Translations under genes and position numbers: made by a program
NCBI GenBank assembly: GCA_963796965.1
Contig: CAWCNS010000011.1
Span: forward strand, 352,001-416,000
Source of the DNA: Calditrichia bacterium
Lineage (GTDB): Bacteria; Calditrichota; Calditrichia; JAJRVZ01
Direction: 5' to 3'
Length of the DNA stretch: 64,000 nt
Notes under the pieces: model-generated
Database searches by the model: none
Told to the model about the DNA's origin: nothing
The model's input: only the letters and a program-made list of their open reading frames with translations
Shown here: in pieces, positions 44,329-55,721 of the stretch
Position numbering within the stretch: position 1 is the stretch's first letter
How the letters are laid out: each line of letters begins with the position of its first letter

Positions 44329-44988
44329 TTATCCTGCTATCCTGCGAATATCCTTACACTCAAGAACTTTCAGATCCGATCCATCCCTGGTAACATTGAT
44401 CATAGCTAATCCGAGTTCTTCTAATGTACCTACGTATTTGGCAAAAAAAGTTTTTAGCAACGGATAAAGGGGAGCCGTAAATTTATAAATTTTATAGGCA
44501 TTTTTTAAGCCCTTAATTGGCTGGATATATCCAGGTCTGAAATTATAGACAGATTTGAAAGGCAGTTTTTGTAAATCGTTTTCTGTTTTGCCTTTTATCT
44601 TTGCCCACATACTTCGACCGGATTCATTGCCATCCGTTCCTGCTCCTGAAACATAACAGAAGGTCATTTGCGGATTTAAATTTACCAAAATATTCGCAAC
44701 ATGCAGGGTCAAATCATACGTAATTCGTCTATAGGCGTCTTCTTTCATTCCTAAAGATGATATACCCATACAAAAATAACACGCATTGTAGTCGCTTAGT
44801 TGATTTTCAATGGGCGTAAGATCGTGGAAATCCTGATGAATGATCTCTGTCAGTTTCTCATGATCAACACCACATGGGCGGCGGTTTATAACCAATACAG
44901 ATTCCACATCAGGATGCTTCAAACTTTCATACAACACGCCTTCGCCGACCATACCAGTGACACCAAATATAATTGCTTTTATTTTCAT
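44329..44988 (-). CDS. NAD(P)-binding epimerase/atypical SDR
   Basis: GVTGMVG, YVSGAG, KGKTEN, FRPG. Confidence 0.88.
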   Translation of the reverse strand: MKIKAIIFGVTGMVGEGVLYESLKHPDVESVLVINRRPCGVDHEKLTEIIHQDFHDLTPIENQLSDYNACYFCMGISSLGMKEDAYRRITYDLTLHVANILVNLNPQMTFCYVSGAGTDGNESGRSMWAKIKGKTENDLQKLPFKSVYNFRPGYIQPIKGLKNAYKIYKFTAPLYPLLKTFFAKYVGTLEELGLAMINVTRDGSDLKVLECKDIRRIAG

Positions 44989-46037
44989 TTCGCCTGTCTT
45001 TCCTTGTTGCTAAACTCAACTTTCTCCAGCGTGGCGTCCTCAATAAAAAGAGAAGCTTTTAATCCTACATGATCAGATAGACTCTCGCTACTATTATTTT
45101 GTACATCCGTTGCATTTATCGAGTGTACAGCTACTCTTTTAAGATTGCTTTCTCCAATCTTATCATAGGCAAAGATATAATCAAAACGTTTATACATATT
45201 AAACGTTTTAAAAACCATGGTATATTCTTTTTGGGTTCCATGTCTTTCACTATGTAACTCCCGGGGTGATCCTAGATCAGTCAACAGACGATCAAGATCC
45301 TCCTCGTCATACGCATCCGAATTAAAATCGCCGGTCAAAACCACCATGATTTCACTAGAAGAACTAATGGTTCCTGATTGAATGACAGCGTGAACGGAAT
45401 ATTCAATAAAATTTTTGATCTGTTTATATTGCCTTCTCTTTTGCCGTCTTGATCCGATAGCCTGTACATGAGTGGTGAATAAAAACATATAGTTGGAATC
45501 AGAAATCTTGTGCAAAGATCCCACCACAGATTTATTAGCAAGAAAGTCTGTTGTAATAGAGAGCTCTTTCGTGAGAATCATATGAAGAGAACCCTCACTC
45601 ATGGTGACTTCTTTGTCAAGACTAATTTTTGATAAGTCAACCTGAGGATACTTTGATATCATAAACAAACCAGCATCCTGAAATAACATTTCTGGAAATG
45701 ATTCATAATCCACCCTGGAAACGACAGACTTATAAACTTCGCGGTTAATTTTTGAGAGAATATAATCCCGGGCTCCCTCATCGAACAATTCCTGCAAAAC
45801 AACAAAATCATATGTTTCAGTATTAATATATTCCACGAGAGCATCCAACTTACTTTCATCTTTTCCAAAGATAGCCTGGATATTGTAGGACAAGAGACTT
45901 AACTGATTTTCACTATTTATTTTAATCGGATCATTAATGGCAGGCTGATATGTGATTGTAGAACCACAAGATATGAGCGATATAATTGCCATTGGCAGAA
46001 CTAGATATCGTAATATATTTTTTGATATTTTTTTCAT
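44985..46037 (-). CDS. EEP-family phosphodiesterase (sphingomyelinase-like) lipoprotein
   Basis: SYNI, LQELF, TTH, GDFNSD, FDYIF, SDH; LISC lipobox. Confidence 0.85.
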   Translation of the reverse strand: MKKISKNILRYLVLPMAIISLISCGSTITYQPAINDPIKINSENQLSLLSYNIQAIFGKDESKLDALVEYINTETYDFVVLQELFDEGARDYILSKINREVYKSVVSRVDYESFPEMLFQDAGLFMISKYPQVDLSKISLDKEVTMSEGSLHMILTKELSITTDFLANKSVVGSLHKISDSNYMFLFTTHVQAIGSRRQKRRQYKQIKNFIEYSVHAVIQSGTISSSSEIMVVLTGDFNSDAYDEEDLDRLLTDLGSPRELHSERHGTQKEYTMVFKTFNMYKRFDYIFAYDKIGESNLKRVAVHSINATDVQNNSSESLSDHVGLKASLFIEDATLEKVEFSNKERQAK

Positions 46038-46067
46038 TAGAGATTGATATTTTGTAATACCTTTTAT

Positions 46068-46561
46068 TTGTAGTCCATCTTTGAGATGGACTACAACTCA
46101 TTTAATGTCGATTTCAAAGACGTCCTACCGGGACGTCTCTACACCAGACAATGATATTAACTTTCTTTTACGAATATTCATTCCTTAAATATAAATTCTA
46201 TCACTATTGGTGGTAGCGACACGATTAATCGCGTCGACACCTATCATACATTTATCTATAATTGTTCATTAGAAGACGCCCCACCGGTAGAACGGGGTCC
46301 TCAACCGGGATCGTCTCATACATCTATGATCTTTGCCAAAAAGATCTCTACTTCCCAATTACAAATTAAAAATTAGATTATATCATGTAGTAAAGATCCA
46401 TGAAACCCGGAAACAAGTTCAAGGGATGCAAGTTCAGTATGACAAATCCTGTTAGTATTCTTTACGGTATCGAAATGACAGGTATAAAGTCCAAATTCCT
46501 ATTTACAAATTACCCATCACGTTCACTCTTATTTTTAGACGCTCCACCGGAGCGTCTCTAC
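46068..46561. repeat. Cluster of diverse GTAG/CTAC-type REP hairpins
   Basis: ttgtagtccatc-tttga-gatggactacaa; agacgtcc...ggacgtctctac; gtagcgacacgattaatcgcgtcg; agacgctccaccggagcgtctctac. Confidence 0.7.
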
Positions 46562-46612
46562 ATTTTGACTGTTGATGGTCCCAATTACTTATTACGAATT
46601 ACTATATTTCTC

Positions 46613-47754
46613 TTATCTTTCATCATTAATCTTATCATTATCCGCCAATACCTCTTCCCACCATTTTTTTTGTGGTATATAGCCATCATAGATTGTCGTC
46701 TCACCGACAACCGGGGTTGATGTTACAACCTCTAAGGAGTCGGCAGCCTTTGTTAGCCTCTCCATTGGATCATACCAGGAATGTAGGGATAAGTTAAACG
46801 TTGCCCAATGGATTGGATGTAAAACCCGACCCCGTAAATCAACATGAGCCTGGACTGTTTCCTCCGGATACATATGAATATGATGCCATTTTTCATTATA
46901 GGCACCGGTTTCGAGAAAGGTCATATCAAAGGGACCATATTTTTCACCAATTTTCTTAAAACCATCAAAATAACCACTATCTCCACTAAAATATATTTTA
47001 TGATGTGGTGCTCTTATCACCCAGGATGCCCACAGGGTTTCATCACGATCAGTTAACCCACGCCCGGAAAAATGTTGTGCTGGTGTTGCTGCGATCAAAA
47101 GATTCTCATCAACCTTGTATTCTTCCCACCAATCTAGTTCTATAATTTTATCACGAGGCACACCAGATTTTCGAGTTCAGCGCCAACAGCCAGGGGAACA
47201 ATAAATTTCGTCGTCTTTTCATTAAGTATTTCGATTGATGATATATTTAAATGATCGTAATGGTTATGGGAGATAATTACAATATCAATTTCAGGTAATC
47301 CATTCAGATTCAGGGGTACCTCGCCATTAAAACGCGAAGGTCCAAAGAACGATACACTCTTCTCAAACACGGGGTCAGTCATAATCTTATAACCATCAAT
47401 ATTAATCATCAGTGATGAATGTCCCAGCCAGGTTACATTGAGTTGATTGTCACCCGAATTTTCAAAGTGATTTAGATCAGCCATCTTTCGCGGCAGCCGA
47501 CTATCCGGTGTTCGTTGGTCCCCACCAAATAAAAAATCCCAACCTGTGGACAGATACTCTCCAAATGAAGGTTGATCCCAGTGATGATAATTTGAGAATT
47601 TACCGTCTTTATATTGTGGTGATTTTTCTATTTTTGTCATTTTTATATCCTCATCATGATAGGTCGCTGATACACAGCCGTTTATTATCAATACGATTAC
47701 GATCATTATTAGCCCGAGAGACGCTTTTTTCACTATTTTCATAATCTTGTTCAT
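46613..47754 (-). CDS. MBL-fold hydrolase (NAPE-PLD/RomA-like), frameshift near 47165
   Basis: WLGHSS, SHNHYDHL, PAQHFSGR, GDSGY, PIHWATF across two ORFs. Confidence 0.85.
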
Positions 47755-47776
47755 ATCTATTTTATTCCACTTATTT

Positions 47777-47794
47777 TAAATGAATGTTCATTTA
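47777..47794. promoter_or_regulatory. Putative TetR operator
   Basis: Perfect palindrome TAAATGAA-TG-TTCATTTA upstream of the MBL gene. Confidence 0.7.
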
Positions 47795-47813
47795 GTTAAT
47801 TGAACAAAATTTT

Positions 47814-48386
47814 TTATAGTTTTATTGCATCCCAGGCCAGGTTATAGGCGATTTCAATATTTTTTTCCTTTTTATCAAAATGCCTGCATAGACGTTTATT
47901 AGAGAGACTATATATGGGATAAAACATGAAGGCTGTTAAAATATCAAAGTCAACATCTTTAATTATCTTCTGCTCAATCCCTTTTTGCAGCACTTGCATA
48001 ACAGGTTCAAAAGGCTTTTCCAATTCTTCCCTGTTCACCAGATCACTATACGGTGAATTGGAGAATTGTTCTGCAAATTGGAAATATTCCGGATTCTTAG
48101 TAATATAATCAAACATATTCATCCAGACGTTACGAAAAATATCACGTATTGGAAGACTTGGTATCAAAGCCATTTAAAAGAGCATTGCCCAACTTATGCT
48201 TTATGGCAACATAGGTAGAAACGAGCAGATCTTCCTTATTTTCATAATAAACATATATCGTAGCCGGAGAGACCTGGCCTCTTTGGCAATTTTAGATACA
48301 GAACTGGCACAAAACCAATCTCGTTTACCAATTTTACCGTGGCATTAAATAAGGCGTCTTGCTTTTAATTCATCTTTAACTCTCAT
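47814..48386 (-). CDS. TetR/AcrR family regulator (frameshifted N-terminus)
   Basis: ATG 48386 MRVKDE...; fragments SKIAKEA, SPATIYVY, NKEDLL; C-terminal ORF 47814-48173. Confidence 0.75.
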
Positions 48387-48396
48387 GGCTCTAAGT

Positions 48397-48414
48397 TAAA
48401 TGATCATTCATTTA
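48397..48414. promoter_or_regulatory. Putative TetR operator (autoregulation)
   Basis: TAAATGA-TCAT-TCATTTA about 10 bp upstream of the tetR ATG. Confidence 0.7.
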
Positions 48415-48691
48415 ATGTCAAATCTATTATTACTTTCGAAGGGAATTACGCGAACTAATTATAGTGTAATCTATTGTTAAACAGGTGGATAGGTGGGTAT
48501 TTAAATATGGATTGATTTTTACTAATCATCGTTAATAGGGATTAATGATGTAACGAGGCAATTGAGAGTTGGTAAAAAGTTTAATATCGACCCAAAATAC
48601 AAGAATTTCACAGATTTAAGAAAAAAAGTGAAAATCAAATAGTTATATATACTATTTTTTGTGATACTCTGTGTCCTTCTGTGGTTAAAAA

Positions 48692-49216
48692 TCATTTTTT
48701 TATGAAGGTTAGGTGCTGATCAGATTCCTCATCTAATACTCTGGAATAAACCGTATAATTCTGTTTTTGCATTTCATCTATTAGCGGAATTGGTTTAAAA
48801 TTGGTTTTAAGCAATAAGAATTGATTTGGTTCTAATTCAGTCATCAACTTGTTCATCATCTGGAGGGGATGTTCCCCACGGCTGAGCATTTCAGTGCCAT
48901 CGATAATCTGTTTTGCTTCTCCCTTTATCCACAAAGGTTCGCCTTCTTGCCACTGTAAATCGGTCTCAATCTCACCAGTAAGTTCTGGTTGTCCAGCCTC
49001 ACGACGCAATTGGTTAACCAGATCGGTTACCTCCAAATTACCAATTCCGGCAATCTTTTCAATGGTGGTTAATTTACCGACCGTTTTGCGTAAAAGAGGA
49101 TTTTTAAGGTTTTTAAAAGGTGGCGCGATAGTCATTATTTTATCCTCTAAATCCGGATATTCATCCAATACATCAAATAGTTTAGTCTTTGCTTCTATAT
49201 TCATCTTAATCTCCAT
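48692..49216 (-). CDS. DUF1858 plus DUF2249-like protein
   Basis: YPDL...FKNLKNPLLRKTVGK; GEHPL...FKPIPLI. Confidence 0.8.
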   Translation of the reverse strand: MEIKMNIEAKTKLFDVLDEYPDLEDKIMTIAPPFKNLKNPLLRKTVGKLTTIEKIAGIGNLEVTDLVNQLRREAGQPELTGEIETDLQWQEGEPLWIKGEAKQIIDGTEMLSRGEHPLQMMNKLMTELEPNQFLLLKTNFKPIPLIDEMQKQNYTVYSRVLDEESDQHLTFIKK

Positions 49217-49460
49217 TATCTTTTAACTCAAAGCATATTGACGAAACAATTCCGCAAGACGGGAATTACATAAAAAGATCTTAGCCAGACCAAAAACTGA
49301 AACGTGAATCAGCTCACGTCTATCCTCGGCTCAAATAGATTCTAATGAACAAGTAAAGATCATTGAAATTAATTTCATATTGCATATGTAAGAATTACTT
49401 GATAAATTCTTTGCGTCTAGCGGCGCTGCGAGAATAAATACTTACGTTCATAATAAATTG

Positions 49461-50711
49461 TTACATATCATATTTCAATAGGCGTTGTTCGCCTTCCAGG
49501 CTTCGGATATCAGATACTTCCTGGGTTACTTCCAACGTACCGCTATAATTACCTTCATCGTCCCGCAGGGCATAATAAACAATATACACAAACTTTGGTC
49601 CCATCTGAATCCAGAAACGGGCCTTATCCTGCTTGCCTGCTTTAAAATCAGCTAAAATCTGATTTACAATCCTTACACTCTTTGGAGGATGACAATATTG
49701 TACCTTACGGCCCAGAATAGCGCGGGTACGGTCAAAGATTCGTTCTTTTCCGGGACTAAAATAGCGGACCGTATCATCCTTATCCACAAAGGTCAAATCA
49801 AAAGGCATAACGCTAAATGCGCTAATTAACTCATCAAGATTAAAACTTCCCGTAGGCATCTGAACACGATTTCCTTGGGCAGCCGGCTTTTTGATTTCAT
49901 TATGGATCCCCCCTGAAGGTTGCCATTCAAATTCAGGGACATAAATACAATAGCCAATCTCCTCACTCTGGATATAGATCTCATACCAGTCCTGCTCAGT
50001 TAATAGATCCAAAGCTGTTGGAAAAAGAATTTTTTCTTCTTTATATATCATATCCTCTATGGCATCAAGAGACGGTACAATAGCAAAAAGATTATAGGCC
50101 TGTGCTTCCTGGCTCTCGATCGACTCGATACCTTGCAGACCATCCAAAGTTAATTTCAGGAGATCTCGTGTCTCATCATGTTTGCCCCACATCACTGCAG
50201 GTGGGCCGCGCATATCTTTTTTCTCAAAAAATGGAAATAATAAGTTTTCTTTTCGGCGGTAATGTTTATCGACATCCATTAATAGGTTCAGTTCTGCCTG
50301 TATTTCCCGGATATTCTCCGTCACATCTGTACTTTCCTTTAGTTCATTGATCTTTTCAATCATATACCGCACGCGCTGAGCCGTTTTAGTCAGAGCTTTA
50401 TTCTCTTCAACCATTGTATGCACCGGATGTCCGGGTATAGTTTTGGGTGTCTCCTGTAAATCGAGATGCTTTTTTAAAACCTTGGTATGGGTATCACATA
50501 AATCCCGTATACTTTCTTGTTCAATACCTTCCTGCATCAATTGAACTTCCATGAGAAAGACATCCGAATAATCTGCTTCATCCAACATAGTTTCTAACTG
50601 CTTTTTGATTTTGTCTTCCGGGGCTCCTTTATGGAGTTGTCGTATCAAACCCTTCATAATATCGATTCGCTGTTGCCGGTTATTTATGATTTCACTCATA
50701 TACTTTCTCAC
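49461..50711 (-). CDS. DUF438 + hemerythrin + PAS_10 protein
   Basis: CDTH, GHPVHTM, HYRRKENLLFP, VMWGKHD, GRKVQYCHPPKS; start may be ATG 50699. Confidence 0.9.
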   Translation of the reverse strand: MRKYMSEIINNRQQRIDIMKGLIRQLHKGAPEDKIKKQLETMLDEADYSDVFLMEVQLMQEGIEQESIRDLCDTHTKVLKKHLDLQETPKTIPGHPVHTMVEENKALTKTAQRVRYMIEKINELKESTDVTENIREIQAELNLLMDVDKHYRRKENLLFPFFEKKDMRGPPAVMWGKHDETRDLLKLTLDGLQGIESIESQEAQAYNLFAIVPSLDAIEDMIYKEEKILFPTALDLLTEQDWYEIYIQSEEIGYCIYVPEFEWQPSGGIHNEIKKPAAQGNRVQMPTGSFNLDELISAFSVMPFDLTFVDKDDTVRYFSPGKERIFDRTRAILGRKVQYCHPPKSVRIVNQILADFKAGKQDKARFWIQMGPKFVYIVYYALRDDEGNYSGTLEVTQEVSDIRSLEGEQRLLKYDM

Positions 50712-51170
50712 TATATTTATTGTTAATTCTGAAAGAATTTTATTTTTAACTACTACTTCATGGTAGAATATACAAACTTACAGTCTTACCTTCAAGTCTC
50801 AGTTAAGAAATTTTTAACCACAGAGAAACACGGAGAAATTCACAGAATAAATTATATTACAAATAATCAAAATAAATTATTTCAATTCTCGTGTTCAAAT
50901 TCAAATTGTTGTATAATTCAATGGTTATATTTCATTTATTTAGTATATATTGCGAAAAGAGTGGTAAAAGGCTGTCACTTGCCCATCAGGGTGGGCGCCA
51001 TATAAAATTCCTTTTTTTAAAATCTTTCCCTATTATTCTTTAATTGCGTTTATAAACAAATATTAATACTACGAAAATATAGTGGAAAAACTTTGCCGGA
51101 ATAAAGATTGCATTGTAAGTTTACCTGAATAAAATATTCAGATCTGAATAAATTACGATCAGGAGTTAAA

Positions 51171-52002
51171 ATGAAAAATATCCACCCTACTGCTTTAATT
51201 CACAAAAATTCTGAAATTGCAAACGATGTTGAGATTGGCCCTTATGTGGTTATTGAGGAACATGTAAAGATCGGAGCAGGGAACTATTATACGATCACAT
51301 GCAGTAATCCGCAAGTACACAACATTGGGTAAAAATAATTTTATCGATTCCTTTGCAATATTAGGTGGAAATCCCCAGGACCTGAAATTCGATGAGAATA
51401 CGCTTTCATTTCTTGAGATCGGCGACAATAATACGTTTAGAGAAGGTGTGACTATTTCGCGCGCAACCGGGGATGGTGAAAAAACCATCGTAGGAAACAA
51501 CACACTTTGGATGGCCAATTCTCATGCCGGTCACAATTCAATTATCCATGACAATGTAATCTTGGTAAACAGCGCATTAGTTGCCGGTCATTGCACGATC
51601 GGTAAGGCCGTCAATTCTACCCGCCAACGGAAACATACATCAATTTTGCTGGATTGGTGAGAATACGATGTTTCAGGGAGGGACCAATTTGCAGTATGCA
51701 TGCCCCACCCTATGTCATTTGTACTGGGATCAATAATGTCATATCCCTTAATATCTGTTGGTTTACGCCGCAGCCCAGACCTTACACATGAAGATCGTAA
51801 CAAATTAAACACGCATTTAAAATAACTTATCGATCTGGTTTATCACCGCGCGAGGCCCTGATGGAAATGGATAAGCACGAAAACTGGGGGCATGCTCGCC
51901 ATAAGATTCAGGGAGTTTGTCAGAAAAGTTGTAGACGCAGAACCTCCGTTTCAAACGGGGATTATGTCCGCATCTTTCACGCTTGAACAGCGTAGGAAAT
52001 AG
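51171..52002 (+). CDS. lpxA: UDP-N-acetylglucosamine O-acyltransferase LpxA (several frameshifts)
   Basis: [53 protein letters not shown]. Confidence 0.8.
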
Positions 52003-52067
52003 GCCGGGATACGGGATACTAAAAAGTTGTGACTTGATTTCTATATATTTCTTTCCTAAAAAATATC

Positions 52068-53678
52068 TCAGGCAATCCAGGGACGCACTCGTTCCGGAAG
52101 GTTCTTTAATACATCAATGGCTATATTAACATCATCAACGATCTGAAAATCAAACATACCTACACAAATAAAATCTGCACCATTTTCGAATGCATAACGA
52201 AAACCATCTTCTGGCCTTATGGCCCCGCCTGCTAAAACCTTGAAGGCAATCCACGGTTTGTTGATTGATTTCATAAACTCAATCGTCTGCTCCGGAAATA
52301 TATCGAACATATTATCATGAAATTTGTTATGATCCGGTGAATTCGCCTCGATAATTGCAAATTCTTCTCTGTTTTTTCTCGGATGGGCAGACCAATAACG
52401 GTCATGGTGGAGCGTTTTAACATAGTAATCAGGATTAATACCGGCTGTTTCGCAAGCTATCGGAACATTTATTGAATGGGCTCCAATTCCAGCCAGGTAC
52501 CCCTGACTTTTTATATAATCAATTGTTTTACCAAGAAAATCAATTTGCTTATTTTTTACTAAACGATCACACCGGCCTCCATGGATATAAAGAGTGGTAG
52601 TTCCATTATCTATAGATTTATCGATATCAGTCTTCATATCATCTAAATATGCGTTGACCTGACAAAAGGTTTGCATTTTTCCACCGGTAATATTCAGGTA
52701 CTTATGTAAGATCGGAAATTGATCATTCACAATATTCATTGTATTTATTCCGGCTTGCTCGGCAATTTCCATCGTTTCGAATACTTTTTTTTCAGAATTA
52801 TAGGCTTTGAATAAGGATGATACATAAATGAGATCCCTTGAATGCGACCATCCTCCAATCAGATTACAGCCCAGAGTTAATCGACTAATTTCCAGATCTC
52901 CTATCTTCCCCATTGGTATTTTGCCTTTGATATCCCCAAGTTTGCTATCACTCAGTTTGATCGTTGCCCCGGTTATGGCATTAACCTTCTCCCAACTATA
53001 TTTTTTATAGCTTCCATAAAACAATACCCCTACCACGGGTAAAAGTGCCAAATTTTTAACCCATTCTCTTCGACTGAGTTGGAAATTTTCTCGAAATTCA
53101 TTTCGTTTTCCACCCTCTTGATTATCTTCAATTATAGCACCTTCTTTCTGGCTTCGTGCATCCGATTTCCTGAATCGACCAACCAATCCCATCAGATAAT
53201 AATCAAGTCTTAAGAAGGTGCTTGATGAAAATATAACAATAATTATAAGGGCGATTATCTCAATCAATGTTTTATTAACAAAGAGGTAATGTCCCTCAAC
53301 AGGTATTCCTATATTCATACCGATAAAAGGAGGATGAGCAACATAGTAGAGGCTGAGTAATACAACTCCAAAAACAGATGCACTCTTTATAAAAACGCCT
53401 AGAATCAAACCCAAACCAATCAGTATCAGTCCCCATATATTAAAAAGATCCACAACTCTAATTATATCCGGGTTACCGGCCATCCAATTAAATATATCTG
53501 AAAACCACCATCGGGAAGTAGAAAGAAACCCGGAAGCGGTCCAATCCGGTGTGAGTAATTTGGCTATACCTTCATAGAGTAAATGCCAGCCTATGGCGAT
53601 TCTCAGGACTGTCAAAAAGGTAATTTGCAGGTTTGATAAAGACGGATGAGATTTTTGATCAGAAGACTTGTTATCCAT
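52068..53678 (-). CDS. DoxX-family membrane domain fused to aldo/keto-reductase-like domain
   Basis: LRIAIGWHLLYEG..KL, VNKTLIE; ISRLTLGCN, GIGAH, IAFKVLAGG, VGMFDFQ; start taken at MDNKSS. Confidence 0.8.
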   Translation of the reverse strand: MDNKSSDQKSHPSLSNLQITFLTVLRIAIGWHLLYEGIAKLLTPDWTASGFLSTSRWWFSDIFNWMAGNPDIIRVVDLFNIWGLILIGLGLILGVFIKSASVFGVVLLSLYYVAHPPFIGMNIGIPVEGHYLFVNKTLIEIIALIIIVIFSSSTFLRLDYYLMGLVGRFRKSDARSQKEGAIIEDNQEGGKRNEFRENFQLSRREWVKNLALLPVVGVLFYGSYKKYSWEKVNAITGATIKLSDSKLGDIKGKIPMGKIGDLEISRLTLGCNLIGGWSHSRDLIYVSSLFKAYNSEKKVFETMEIAEQAGINTMNIVNDQFPILHKYLNITGGKMQTFCQVNAYLDDMKTDIDKSIDNGTTTLYIHGGRCDRLVKNKQIDFLGKTIDYIKSQGYLAGIGAHSINVPIACETAGINPDYYVKTLHHDRYWSAHPRKNREEFAIIEANSPDHNKFHDNMFDIFPEQTIEFMKSINKPWIAFKVLAGGAIRPEDGFRYAFENGADFICVGMFDFQIVDDVNIAIDVLKNLPERVRPWIA

Positions 53679-53987
53679 ATTAATCCCCCGGGATAAAGTA
53701 GATATGATAGGGCGCGCTGGTTTTAAGGATATTTTTTGTGCAAATGAAATATAAGATACCCTGGGATATAATTCAATTTTACAGATAAGTCTCAAAGAAC
53801 AGATTTTTAGAAGGACCACCTTATAAGAAGTCAATATAATATCTTTATCTTGCTTTATTTTCTATCAATTAATATACTTAAGCAATCATATGGGTAAAAT
53901 CTTCATCAATCATCCTTTAAATATTTAGATCAATGTCTATCTTGACATATTTAAATCTTCTTTTTATATTCTACCTCGAGGTGGGAT

Positions 53988-54402
53988 ATGATATTTAACA
54001 AAACAACAGAATATGCAATTAGAGTGATGGTTTTTCTTGCAGACAGCAAAGATTCACGCTTTTCTGTCAATCGTCTTCACCGACGTCTAAACATTCCTTA
54101 TAAATATCTTGCTCGTCTGATGAGCAAACTAGGCAGTAGCTGGATTGGTCGATGTATCTCAGGGAAAACAAGGCGGTTTTCGGCTCAATCCTCAAAGATC
54201 TCCCATCTACTTACACGAAATCATCAACCTGGTTGAGGGCCTGGAGAATTACGATCGTTGTATTCTCGGATTTAAACAATGCTCTGACGAGAATCCTTGT
54301 TCTTTGCACCATGTATGGGCAGAACAAAAAGATGAAATAAGGAAAATTATATTTAATACAACCCTGGATGATATTGATAAGATCAAAGATGTCAAATACT
54401 AA
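53988..54402 (+). CDS. Rrf2 family transcriptional regulator (frameshift near 54140)
   Basis: TEYAIR, IPYKYLARLM, QGKQGGFRL, CILGFKQCSDENPCSLH. Confidence 0.85.
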
Positions 54403-54440
54403 TCTTCGACTTTTTATATATTAATTTAAAGGAGGTAGAT

Positions 54441-55681
54441 ATGAATTACCGATTACTCACTGCTTTTTTTACCCTGTTCATTTTTTGCACCGCTTTAATG
54501 GCAAACACCTGTATTGATTGCCATAAGAAACATCAACCGAATATCGTTATTGACTGGGAGTTGAGCAAGCACAGCCAGAACGACGTTGCCTGTGCAACCT
54601 GTCACGGTGAGGCCCACTCGACAGAACAAGACTATGCCAAAGCAAAGATACCAACACCTGAAACATGTGCCGAATGTCATGACACACAGGTTGAACAATT
54701 TTCCAAAGGCAAACACGCATTGGCCTGGGCCGCTATGAATGCTATGCCGACAATTCATCACCAGCCTGCTGCCCTGATTGATGGTATGAAAGGATGCGGC
54801 GGATGTCATAAAATCGGGTTAAAAAGCGAAACAGATATAAAAAAATTGCAAGAAGAAGGTCGTGGATTTGGTTTGGCCTCCTGCGATGCCTGTCATACGC
54901 GTCACACATTTTCAACTAAGGAAGCAAAACAACCCCAGGCCTGCCAGACCTGTCATATGGGTTTTGATCATCCCCAATGGGAAATGTACTCTTCTTCAAA
55001 ACATGGTGTCCGCTATTTGTTAAAACAAAATGGGACTCTTCATGAGGATACCCCTGCACCAACCTGTCAGGATTGCCATATGCAGGAAGGAAACCATGAA
55101 GTTCGAACTGCCTGGGGATTTCTGGCCGTACGCCTTCCTCTACCTGAAGATGAACAATGGAAAGCAGACCAGATAACTATCTTACAAGCCCTCGGTGTTC
55201 TTGATCTTGAGGGTAATCCTACCGCTCTTTTGGATGTGGTTAAGGCGGCTGATGTGGCCCGTTTAACCCAGGAAGATTTTGACCGCGAAAGAAATAAAAT
55301 GGTCAAAACCTGCAATGGGTGTCATTCAAGCAATTTTGCAAAAGAACAGCTGGACCGAGGTGATGAGATGATTAAAGAGGCCGATCATTTCCTTGCTCAA
55401 GCGATACGTGAAATAGGGATTTGTATAAAGATAGAATTATTCCAAAACCCGATTCCTATCCCTAGGATTATCCGTTACTACTTACATTTCATGATGCCCC
55501 TACCGTCATTGAGCAACGCCTTTTTGTGATGCATCTCAAACATCGTATGCGCGCTTTTCAGGGCGTTTTCCATGCAAATCCCGATTATGCTCTCTGGTAC
55601 GGCTGGAGTGAAATGCAACGTGATCTGACGGAGATTAAAGCCATGGCCGTAGAATTGCGACGGAATCATGCAAATAAATAA
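54441..55681 (+). CDS. Octaheme cytochrome c, hydroxylamine oxidoreductase-like (frameshifted C-terminus)
   Basis: Eight CxxCH motifs, CHTRHTFS, CHMGFDHPQWEMYSSSKHG; shifted tail HRMRAFQGVFHANPDYALWYGW ends TAA 55681. Confidence 0.85.
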
Positions 55682-55721
55682 TAGATCCTTAAACAATATC
55701 GCTTAGTAGCACCGCAATAAT

